DNA of 64,000 nt from an uncultured bacterium. Its GTDB lineage: Bacteria; Krumholzibacteriota; Krumholzibacteriia; Krumholzibacteriales; Krumholzibacteriaceae. The notes beneath the pieces are model-generated. The model saw only the letters and a list, made by a program, of their open reading frames with translations, ran no database searches and was not told the origin of the DNA. A program made the position numbers and the translations under genes. The stretch spans positions 174,947-238,946 of the forward strand of contig CAWJVO010000009.1 of NCBI GenBank assembly GCA_963846325.1. The letters are read 5' to 3'. Shown in pieces: positions 29,901-37,378 of this stretch. Position 1 is the first letter of the stretch. Each line of letters begins with the position of its first letter.

Positions 29901-30101
29901 GAAGAGCTCGAGCTCTGGCTCGACGGATGGAGTCTCTGTCTCGACGAGATGAACTACCTGCAGACGGGCTACCGGACGGGCGGGCTCCTCGACGTCCATA
30001 TCGTCACGGACGACGATATCGCGCGGAAGACGAGCTTCGCCGTCAAGATCGGAGCCGTCACCGACGCGGCCCGGCCGCTTCCCATGAAAAAGCGCGGTTG
30101 A
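26940..30101 (+). CDS. Sensor-like N-terminus + PPDK-like ATP-grasp domain + C-terminal nucleotidyltransferase domain
   Basis: EREKELECLY...PSGWQYP N-terminal domain; LGGKGAGL, IRSSSLLED, FSGKY, DIEFA...LLQCRP, GPGRWGS, SFGTHFFQD; Pol-beta NTase motif FYVFGS...SDIDIIV. Overlaps the upstream gene by 8 nt. Confidence 0.82.
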   Translation: MSDRRDKADDLLHFFREREKELECLYNIEELLVEPDAPRERVFRRVVETVPSGWQYPGSCYARIVFGTESYSIPGFAETPWVMTADILVDDAKEGEISVFYSKEMPQADEGPFLKQEKRLLKTIADRIGNFLLHQQLREAAEERPRESAGEWRVILNLLHHTDRNLFENVSEKMLNLLCWSGVEEAERLRGTLVPVDIDFEAGLNQEANKPYQLHSLEITDRLSDEIFRIATGEYTNEQLLDYLRKWIQDDKLSYLLHVGNTNLPLSGVIAALRQYRDMSPSGIDLSQAVKNGLIVSLITRFLSKQLNYIKVAKKYIEVRDFFEILDRIIYTPESHGQLGGKGAGLFLAQQIIKKSYGTDPLFANVKVPKSWYITSDVLLGFLRFNNLDEVIEQKYKDINQVRLEYPHVMLTFKNSRFPPEIRQGLSMVLDELEGMPLVIRSSSLLEDSLGAAFSGKYKSLFLANQGTKQERLDALLDAVAEVYASIFGPDPIEYRAERGLLDFSEEMGIMIQGVVGNRVGDYFLPSFAGVAFSRNEFRWSPRIRREDGLIRTVPGLGTRAVDRVSDDYPALIAPGQPGLRVNVATEEIVYYTPKKIDVINLKTNTFETVDAKDLLRKHGAELPLVEKMVSIYDGHNLRKPMAMNIDFDHDDLPFTLDGLISETPFVKQVHGILKLLEEKLGFPVDIEFAHDGTDFYLLQCRPQSFSPASAPAPIPQDVPADKIVFSAKRYISNGRVPDITHVVYVDPLAYAELPEREDLVAVGRAVGHLNKLLPKRQFILMGPGRWGSRGDIKLGVNVTYSDINNTAVLIEIARKKGNYMPDLSFGTHFFQDLVEGQIRYLPLFPDDEGIVFNERFLLGSKNILPEVLPEFSRLAGVVHLIDVPQATDGKILRVLMNAELGEAVALLASRESGEERLDAHPADPDRPSDHLWVWRLRMAERIASQLDPEQFGVAGFYVFGSTKNATAGLGSDIDIIVHHRGTKQQREELELWLDGWSLCLDEMNYLQTGYRTGGLLDVHIVTDDDIARKTSFAVKIGAVTDAARPLPMKKRG

Positions 30102-30104
30102 ATT

Positions 30105-30953
30105 CTACAAGAGGTCGCGCGACGCCGACGAGGGATCCTCGAGATCGAAGCGAACGAGCGCGAGCTCGGGCCCGTCGTGCGCCGCCGACAGCGCGACGGT
30201 GCGCCCGAACGAATCGCGCCATGAGCCGGTGATTCGCGCCGATTCGTGGACATGGCCGTGGAGGGTGAGAAGCGGCTGCGCTTTTTCGATGAAACGCCGG
30301 ATGGCGATGCTGCCGACATGCACGTCGAGCGGCGCGTGATCGACGGTCTTCCCGTCGAGAGCGGCGCGATCGAGATTGCTCTCGTGCGGCGGCGCGTGAA
30401 AGAGAAAGACAGCGTTTTCGAGATCGTTCGCTCCGGCGAGCGCGTCCAGATCCTGCGCGATCGTGGCGAATCGCGCCTCGTCGGGATCGACCGCGACGGT
30501 CCTCCATCCCTCCTCGGGCGATACACATCCCGGATCGACATAGCGGGAAACGTCATACCGTTCCCAATCCTTCAGCAGAAAGGGGCTCGGCGGCGAAAAA
30601 CAGTACCCGTACACCGCATGCCGCTCGAAAAGCTCCTTCCTCCCGTGCACGTACGATAGAAGCCCCCTATCGGTCGCTTCGATGAACGATTCCTCGATCG
30701 CGCGCCCGTCGTCGTTGCCGAGAATGACGAACACCCGCGGATAGGCCTCGCCGAGAACCTCCCGCAAGCGGGAAAGCTCCGCGAAAAGGAAATCCTCCAG
30801 AAAATCGCCGCTCGCGCCGGCGTGCCCGAAATGGGGCAGAATATCCCCCCCGACGAAGATCGCCTTCGGCCTTTCGGTTGCCGCGACGTTGAAGAGCTTT
30901 CGATAACGATCGATTTTTCCGTGCAGATCCGATACGAAGATGCAGGCGGTCAT
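30105..30953 (-). CDS. Calcineurin-like metallophosphoesterase
   Basis: SDLHG, GGD, LGNDD, FHAPP, HGHVHE. ATG overlaps the arsC stop codon. Confidence 0.88.
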   Translation of the reverse strand: MTACIFVSDLHGKIDRYRKLFNVAATERPKAIFVGGDILPHFGHAGASGDFLEDFLFAELSRLREVLGEAYPRVFVILGNDDGRAIEESFIEATDRGLLSYVHGRKELFERHAVYGYCFSPPSPFLLKDWERYDVSRYVDPGCVSPEEGWRTVAVDPDEARFATIAQDLDALAGANDLENAVFLFHAPPHESNLDRAALDGKTVDHAPLDVHVGSIAIRRFIEKAQPLLTLHGHVHESARITGSWRDSFGRTVALSAAHDGPELALVRFDLEDPSSASRDLL

Positions 30954-31363
30954 GGTCTTCCCTCTCCCGCGAACATCGCCTCGATGCGGCGGCGAAGCTC
31001 GTCCCGCGTCTCTCTGAAGGCCTCGAGCCGAGCCTCCGCCGATCCCTTCACGGCGGCGGGATCGGGAAGCGGCCAGTGAATGCGCTCGGCGCTTCCGAAG
31101 AAGATCGGGCATACCTCCTCGGCACATAAGGTAATGACCGTGTCTATTTCCGCCGCCGGAATCTCCGAAACGCTCTTCGATCGATTCCCGGAGATATCGA
31201 TCCCGATCTCGCGCAGAACGGCGATCGCTTCCGGTCTCACCCGCGTCGGGCTCGAGCCGGCCGACCGGACGTGGATCCTCGGAGGAGCGAGCGAGCGGGC
31301 TATTCCTTCGGCCATCTGGCTGCGCGCCGAATTCGCCACGCAGAGAAACAGAATCCCTTTCAT
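30950..31363 (-). CDS. arsC: Thioredoxin-type arsenate reductase (LMW-PTP fold)
   Basis: LFLCVANSARSQMAEG, TLCAEEVCP, HWPLPDP. Confidence 0.88.
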   Translation of the reverse strand: MKGILFLCVANSARSQMAEGIARSLAPPRIHVRSAGSSPTRVRPEAIAVLREIGIDISGNRSKSVSEIPAAEIDTVITLCAEEVCPIFFGSAERIHWPLPDPAAVKGSAEARLEAFRETRDELRRRIEAMFAGEGRP

Positions 31364-32232
31364 CGCCGCCGCTCCCCGGGCTTGCGGCCCTCGACCCGGA
31401 CGCTTGCCACTTTTCCCGCGATCTCCCCTATCGCGGCGTCGATCTTTTCTCGGGGAAGCCCTTGTCCCCCGCAGCACGGAGCGTCTTCGCCGGCGATATC
31501 CGACACGAGAAGCGCGGCAAGCTGCGAGCGATCGTATACGAGGCGATCGTTGACGGCGACGTCCGCGAGCCCCGCCGTGCGGAGCCCGTCCAGATACGCC
31601 TCCTCCGGTATCGCTCCCGTGATGCACGCCGAATACAGCGCCCCCAGCTCCACCACCCAAGCCGGGAGCTTCTCCGTGACGATGTCCGAGATGGAAATGC
31701 GCCCGCCCGGCTTGAGAACGCGGGCGATTTCCCCGAACACCTTTTCCTTCTCCGGAGAGAGGTTGATGACGCAGTTCGATATGACAAGATCGACGGAGCC
31801 CGATTCGACGGGCAGATTTTCGATGATCCCCTCTCGCACCTCGACGTTCGAGAGCCCCGCCGCGGCGGCGTTCCGACGCGCGCGTTCGATCATGGCCGGA
31901 GTCATGTCGACGCCGATCACCCGCCCCCGGGGCCCCGCGATCTTCGCGGCGAGCAGAAGATCGATGCCGGCTCCGGAGCCGAGATCGAGCACCGTATCGC
32001 CCTCCCTTATAGCGGCGAGAGCGACCGGATTCCCGCAGCCGAACGAGTTGACGACCGCATCCGGAGGAAGCGCCGCCATCTCCTCGCGGCTGTATCCGGC
32101 GAGCTTCGCGGCGACCCCCGCCGCGACCGGACCGCCGCAGCAGCTGCATCCGCTTCCCGGCGCAGAAGGCTTTTCCACGGCTCGGGCATAGGTTTTCGAG
32201 ACGTCCTGGCGTATCTCGTCCGCTTTCTTCAT
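31360..32232 (-). CDS. arsM: Arsenite S-adenosylmethionine methyltransferase
   Basis: SFGCGNP, LDLGSGAGID, GVDMTPAM, ISNCVINLSP, SACITGA; Cys pairs near both ends. Confidence 0.9.
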   Translation of the reverse strand: MKKADEIRQDVSKTYARAVEKPSAPGSGCSCCGGPVAAGVAAKLAGYSREEMAALPPDAVVNSFGCGNPVALAAIREGDTVLDLGSGAGIDLLLAAKIAGPRGRVIGVDMTPAMIERARRNAAAAGLSNVEVREGIIENLPVESGSVDLVISNCVINLSPEKEKVFGEIARVLKPGGRISISDIVTEKLPAWVVELGALYSACITGAIPEEAYLDGLRTAGLADVAVNDRLVYDRSQLAALLVSDIAGEDAPCCGGQGLPREKIDAAIGEIAGKVASVRVEGRKPGERRR

Positions 32233-32236
32233 CGCG

Positions 32237-32617
32237 CTACCTCCCGCATTCATGGCCTCCGCCGTGATGGCCGCACGCGTCCCCCGGCGCGACCTCCGCC
32301 AGCGTTCCGCCCTTCAGAAGCTCGATGTTGTCGCGAATCGTTCCGGGCGCGGCCCGATATACCCGTATCCCGCCCGCGTTCAACATCATCAGAGCCCTCA
32401 TGCCGATGCCGCCGACGACGATCGCGTCGATGCCACGCCCCTCGAGCGAGGCGAGCGGATGACACATGCCGTGCTCGTGCGCGCCGGTGCCGTTGCCGAT
32501 GACGTCCGTCGCGCCGGTATCGATATCATGAATCACGAAATGCGAGCACGATCCGAAATGCCCGTGCGGCATTCCCTCCAGACCCGTTTCATCCATCGAT
32601 GGAATACATACCTTCAT
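32237..32617 (-). CDS. NifB/NifX family (FeMo-co binding fold) small protein with His/Cys tail
   Basis: HGHFGSC, HEHGMC, VGGIGMRA, C-terminal CGHHGGGHEC. Confidence 0.82.
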   Translation of the reverse strand: MKVCIPSMDETGLEGMPHGHFGSCSHFVIHDIDTGATDVIGNGTGAHEHGMCHPLASLEGRGIDAIVVGGIGMRALMMLNAGGIRVYRAAPGTIRDNIELLKGGTLAEVAPGDACGHHGGGHECGR

Positions 32618-32655
32618 AAGAGATCTCCTTCTGTTCGTTCCCACCGCCTTTTGGC

Positions 32656-32961
32656 TCAGCCGAGGATATCCTTCATCATGGGGCCGAGCATCCTTTTCAC
32701 GCTCTCGGCGAGCCCCTCGGTCTTGATGAGACTGATGCAGCATGTGTCTTCCCCGGCTCCGTGCATGATGAGGGCGAGCTTATCGCCCGCTTTGATTCCG
32801 GCCTTGTCTCGAATCTCTTTCGGAAGCACGAGCTGGCCGCGCTCATCGACCGAGACGACCGCCTCGATCTTGCAGCAGCTCATCCGCCCCAAGACTCCTC
32901 CCCGCTTCATTCCTTCCGACCCACAACACCCCGCGCCTCGATGACTCCGTTTTGCCTGCAT
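32656..32961 (-). CDS. AbrB/MazE/SpoVT-fold DNA-binding protein, similar to the HgcAB-associated type
   Basis: CCKIEAVVSVDERGQLVLPKEIRDKAGIKAGDKLAL; three Cys-Cys pairs. Confidence 0.75.
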   Translation of the reverse strand: MQAKRSHRGAGCCGSEGMKRGGVLGRMSCCKIEAVVSVDERGQLVLPKEIRDKAGIKAGDKLALIMHGAGEDTCCISLIKTEGLAESVKRMLGPMMKDILG

Positions 32962-32993
32962 GGCGCTCCTCCTCGCGACTCGAACATCCCACA

Positions 32994-33044
32994 GAATATA
33001 GTATTCACTATATTCAGAATAATCAGAAAAGTATGATTCGTCAA
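32994..33044 (-). promoter_or_regulatory. Promoter/operator of the arsenic operon
   Basis: TTGACG-N17-TATTCT (33044-33016), with perfect inverted repeat GAATATAGT-attc-ACTATATTC (32994-33015) directly downstream of the -10 and 9-nt direct repeats across it. Confidence 0.65.
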
Positions 33045-33127
33045 GAGGAAAGGGCTCCCTCTGAGGGTGCCCGTGGTCGTCCCGAATTCGCGCGATTTCT
33101 CTGCGCCCGCGAATCCTGCAATGATCC

Positions 33128-36100
33128 TCAGCGCAGCAGGACCATTTTTCGTTTCTCCACGAATCCTGGAGCCGTCATCCGGCAGAAGTAGATGCCGGAG
33201 GCAGCACTCTGCCCGTATTCGTTTCTCCCGTCCCATCGCACCGTATGCTGCCCGGCTGACTGCACCCTATCGACGAGAGTCCGCACGAGTCGCCCCGAGA
33301 CATCGTACACCGTAACCGCCACCCTCCCGCCTATCGGAGGCACGTCATACCGGATCACCGTCACAGGGTTGAACGGATTCGGAGCGTTCTGATGGAGCGC
33401 GAAGCTGCGCGGGATCGCGTGATCATCCGCGCCCGTCGTCGATCCAGGGGATGCCGGCTCGCTCTCGTTACCCGCGTGATCGAGCGCAGTAATCTTATAA
33501 TACACTTCCCAGCCGTCGTACTCGGGATCGCTCCACTCAGTTCTAGCTGTCGCTTTCACTCTATTCGCAGGCGCCGGCACGAAATCCGGATCGTTTCCCC
33601 GATACACCTTGAAGTACTGGAAGTCGCCTTCCTTGCTCGGATCCCAGCTCAGGCGGTTTCCGCTCCCCGTATTGTATGCAACCGCGAATCCCACCGGAAC
33701 CCCGGGGGCAATGTTGTCCACCGAGTAGGCGCTGTCAGGTGGGCTGTCGAAGTGCACGGTCGGCGTCGTCGTGTGAGCCGAGATGTAGTACACCGACCAG
33801 ACAAGCGTCGAGGAGGAATCCGCCAGCGTCGGCGCGAGCCGTATGTAATGCTCCTGCTGCTCGGCGGATACGTTTCCAACGATCTCCCAGGTGCCCGCGG
33901 GGGCGGAGGCAGCCGCGCCGGCCTCGTTCACGAGATAGTACCGGTCCGCGTACCGAACATACTTGCTCCTCGCAGCGGATGGCGGCACCGTGAGGTTTAC
34001 CTTCTCACCACTGAGGAGCTTCACAGTGAGGTTTTCTCCGATGACTTCTCCCGCGCTCTTGATGCTCGCGAGAAGTCCCAGATCATCCACGCGCCGATGG
34101 ATGTCGTACCGCAAAATCGGGTACTCCTCCTCGAGCGCATTGTCGTAGGAGGATCGCGTGAAGTAGATCCTCAGCGAACCGCCCTGGTCATTCGGAACAT
34201 CAACAAGAGAGTCCATATGAGCATAGCTGAAGAGAGCGGCCGTTCCTCCCTCGTAGGCGCCCATATCGATAGCGGCACCCTGAATGCGGGGATTGCCGGC
34301 AATATCTGTCGCGGGAAGACCGGCAACCCCACTATTCCCGGCATCTATCGCGGTGGATCCTACGAGAATGCGGAGGTCGCCGGCCGGCGCTCCGTAGTAC
34401 AGCGGATCCGCGTCGATGTTGTGGCCACCGTCGGTGCCGAGCGTCGGGTCCCATCCTGCGCTCCCGCCGCTCTCCTGCACGAGAGAGTAGGAGATAGTCG
34501 GATTGCCACTGGAGTTATATATCTCGCTGCAGTTCTCATACCCCACCCCGCACGCGGCACTATCGCCCCACATAGTAGCGTTAACAATGGCAGGGCTCCC
34601 GGATGCATTACAGAATCCTCCGCCTCTCGCGGCCGAGTTTCCGAAGAAGCTGGCGTTTATGAGAGAAAAATCGCTCCCGCTATATATCCCACCGCCGTCC
34701 TGACTCGCCACATTGCCAATGAACAGCGCATTGGCGAGGATCGGGTCCCATCCACCGATGAATATACCCCCGCCACAATAGCTTCTGTTCTCACGGAAGA
34801 TCACATTGATGACCCTCGGGCTACTGAACGCGATGCACATGCCGCCGCCATACGATTGAGCTTCGTTGCGGTAGAACTCGATATTCGAAATTGTCGGGCT
34901 CCCATAGAGGCTGAAAAAACCCCCACCCCTGTACTGATCCAGGCCCGCTCCGTTGGCCTTCCCCGCTGTCACCGTGAATCCATCGAGCACGGCTGTCGCA
35001 TCAGTCCCGCTCCCCGTCACGACATGGTAGGAATTGTCCGATGCATCCTCCTTGATCCCGATGTCGCCGCTTAAGATAGTCACGTGCGCGGATACGTCGC
35101 GCTGGCTCCGTGCCGTCTCCGTGCCCGCGAAGCCGCCATAGATCGCGAGGCTGTCCAATAACTGGAACGTGGCGGTCCGCTCGAAGTCCGCCGTCGGCCG
35201 GTACGTCCCTTCGGCCACCCAGATCTGTGTCACGTTCGGGCAACTCGGGGCAAAGGCCAGGGCATCGCTCAGCTTCGTGAAGGCGTTAGCCCATGAACTC
35301 CCTCCACTGCCGCCCGTTGCGTCCGCATCCACGTAGATCACGGAATCCGGCGGCAGTTGCACCGCCGTTCCTGTGATGTATGCATAGCCGCAGATGCTGG
35401 CTCCCGTCTCAATCACGCAAAGATGCGTCCCCGGAGCAGTCGGTTGGTATCGTATGGTGACGATCCGCGACTGGCCGTTCCACAGAAGAAAATCGCCGCC
35501 GCCTGAAACGATCGAGTAGTGATCGGACGCCTCGCTCACACGCCCCATGAGCGATGCAAATCCCGCATTGGTGATCGCGAAAGAAGTATCCCGTGCGCCG
35601 GAGACGGGGACTGCCTCTGCAAAATTAATGGTATACGGCTCCACATCGCATATGGGTCCCAAACCAGACTCAGTCACTCGCTGGGCATAAACGTCAGGGT
35701 AGCTCCCAGTTCGGGAGTCCTGCCATGTGATGATCGCTCCGCCCCAACCGTCTGAGGCGATCTGGGGTGATTCCTGAATATTTGCCGCCGAACAGATGGC
35801 AATCCCGTTCGCCATCCACTGAACGGCGCCGTTCGCATCGACCTGCTGGGCATAGATGTCGGGATAGCTTTCACTTCGGGAGTCCTGCCACGTGATGATC
35901 ACCCTTCCCCAACCGTCCGAAGCGATCTGGGGAGATTCCTGATTATTATTCGCTGCGCAGATAGCGACCCCATTCGCCGCCCACCCAGCGACGCCGCTCG
36001 CATCCACCCGCTGGGCATAGATGTCCGACGAATAGCTTCCACCTCGAAAATCCTCCCACGTGATGATCGCCCCTCCCCAGTCGTCCCAAGTGACACGGGG

Positions 36101-37060
36101 AGATTCCTGAGCGTGCATCTCTCCGCAGATGATGACCCCATTCTCCGTCCACTGAACAACGCCGCTCGCATCCACCGTCTGGGCAAAGATGTCGATGAAT
36201 TCTCCACCTCCATATCGAGAGTCCTGCCACGTGATGATCGCCCCTCCAGAGCCCGCGACAATCTGAGGAGATGTCTGATTGTTTGCCGCCGCACAGATGG
36301 CAACCCCATCCGCTGTCCACGATACGGCGCCGCTTGCATCCACCCGCTGGGCATAGATGTCCGAGTAGCTTCCACCTCGAAAATCCTCCCACGTGATGAT
36401 TGAACCAGAGCCGCTCCCGATGATCTGGGGAGATGTCTGATTGTTTGCCGCCGCACAGATGGCAACCCCATCCGCTGTCCACGATACGGTGCCGCTTGCA
36501 TCCACCCGCTGGGCATAGATGTCCGAATAGCTTCCGCCTCGAAAATCCTCCCACGTGATGATCGCCCCTCCGGAAGCGCTCCCGATGATCTGGAGAGATG
36601 TCTGATTGTTTGCCGCAGTGCAGATGGCGACCCCGTCCGCCGTCCACTGAACGGCGCCGCTCGCATTCACCCGCTGGGCATAGATGTCCGAGTTGGCGCC
36701 GCCGCTGCGATAATCCAGCCACGTGATAATCGCTCCCCCAGAGCCGTCCGAGATGATCTGAGGAGATTCCTGACTGTATGCCGCCGTGCAGATGGCGATC
36801 CCGTCCACCGTCCACTGAATAGCGCCATACGCATCCACCCGCTGGGCGTATATGTCATAGTAGCTCCCCGCACGACGGTCCTGCCACGTAATGATCGCTC
36901 CTCCCAAGCCATCCAAGATTATCTGAGGAAACGTCGCAAACGGCTCGAGAGTTGGCGCCAGGGCCACACCGTCTACCATCCATACGGCATGCGCCGGCGA
37001 GATGCTCACGGCCACAAGCAGCAAACACACCGCTGACATCGATACCAAACATTTCACCAT
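33128..37060 (-). CDS. Large secreted multidomain protein: ~54-aa repeat propeller + Ig-like + beta-helix/choice-of-anchor-Q + FN3-like + FlgD/T9SS-type C-terminal domain
   Basis: Signal peptide (MVKCLVSM...AHA); about 8 GGAIITWxDxR...DIYAQRVDASG repeats; VIYVDADATG...IWVAEGTY; RIQGAAIDMGAYE; QNAPNPFNP...YDVSGRLVRTL...WDGRN...SGIYF...KMVLLR. Confidence 0.85.
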   Translation of the reverse strand: MVKCLVSMSAVCLLLVAVSISPAHAVWMVDGVALAPTLEPFATFPQIILDGLGGAIITWQDRRAGSYYDIYAQRVDAYGAIQWTVDGIAICTAAYSQESPQIISDGSGGAIITWLDYRSGGANSDIYAQRVNASGAVQWTADGVAICTAANNQTSLQIIGSASGGAIITWEDFRGGSYSDIYAQRVDASGTVSWTADGVAICAAANNQTSPQIIGSGSGSIITWEDFRGGSYSDIYAQRVDASGAVSWTADGVAICAAANNQTSPQIVAGSGGAIITWQDSRYGGGEFIDIFAQTVDASGVVQWTENGVIICGEMHAQESPRVTWDDWGGAIITWEDFRGGSYSSDIYAQRVDASGVAGWAANGVAICAANNNQESPQIASDGWGRVIITWQDSRSESYPDIYAQQVDANGAVQWMANGIAICSAANIQESPQIASDGWGGAIITWQDSRTGSYPDVYAQRVTESGLGPICDVEPYTINFAEAVPVSGARDTSFAITNAGFASLMGRVSEASDHYSIVSGGGDFLLWNGQSRIVTIRYQPTAPGTHLCVIETGASICGYAYITGTAVQLPPDSVIYVDADATGGSGGSSWANAFTKLSDALAFAPSCPNVTQIWVAEGTYRPTADFERTATFQLLDSLAIYGGFAGTETARSQRDVSAHVTILSGDIGIKEDASDNSYHVVTGSGTDATAVLDGFTVTAGKANGAGLDQYRGGGFFSLYGSPTISNIEFYRNEAQSYGGGMCIAFSSPRVINVIFRENRSYCGGGIFIGGWDPILANALFIGNVASQDGGGIYSGSDFSLINASFFGNSAARGGGFCNASGSPAIVNATMWGDSAACGVGYENCSEIYNSSGNPTISYSLVQESGGSAGWDPTLGTDGGHNIDADPLYYGAPAGDLRILVGSTAIDAGNSGVAGLPATDIAGNPRIQGAAIDMGAYEGGTAALFSYAHMDSLVDVPNDQGGSLRIYFTRSSYDNALEEEYPILRYDIHRRVDDLGLLASIKSAGEVIGENLTVKLLSGEKVNLTVPPSAARSKYVRYADRYYLVNEAGAAASAPAGTWEIVGNVSAEQQEHYIRLAPTLADSSSTLVWSVYYISAHTTTPTVHFDSPPDSAYSVDNIAPGVPVGFAVAYNTGSGNRLSWDPSKEGDFQYFKVYRGNDPDFVPAPANRVKATARTEWSDPEYDGWEVYYKITALDHAGNESEPASPGSTTGADDHAIPRSFALHQNAPNPFNPVTVIRYDVPPIGGRVAVTVYDVSGRLVRTLVDRVQSAGQHTVRWDGRNEYGQSAASGIYFCRMTAPGFVEKRKMVLLR
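36269..36560. repeat. Near-identical intragenic tandem repeat, 162-nt period
   Basis: About 130 nt starting agatgtctgattgtttgccgccgcacagatggcaacccc occurs at 36269 and 36431 with only a few mismatches; more diverged copies flank it. Confidence 0.85.
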
Positions 37061-37283
37061 TGGCCATCGCCTCCTATCGGGATTCATGCACGCATCCATT
37101 GGCGCCTCGGCAAGAGGCGCAGCGTAAGCAGACTCTGGCTGTTTGGGAAGAACGCTTTCGAGAGGCTCACGAGCCATCGTGCATCGCCTCGTCAGTTGAG
37201 ATCTCCGGATTTCAGTAATTAGTTTAATTTTAGCACGTAACTATATTCATTTCAATCAAATTACAAGGATGCCAAAGGAAATA

Positions 37284-37311
37284 CAATGGCCGCCCCCACG
37301 GGCGGCCATTG
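37284..37311. terminator. Intrinsic terminator downstream of the kor-malic enzyme operon (possibly bidirectional)
   Basis: CAATGGCCGCCC-ccac-GGGCGGCCATTG 12-bp perfect stem with T-rich flanks. Confidence 0.75.
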
Positions 37312-37378
37312 CCTCTTTTATTGACCGAAGGCTGGGACCGATGTCCGGCGGGCCAGCCGCCTCACCGGCTCAACACCA

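Noticed and set aside
32237-32961. Nitrogen fixation or mercury methylation genes
   Set aside because: NifX-fold proteins are widespread outside nif clusters, and no nifHDK or hgcAB motifs were seen in the window.
35660-36930. CRISPR-like repeat array
   Set aside because: The repeats are in-frame coding units of about 54-56 aa without unique spacers, and no cas genes are present.
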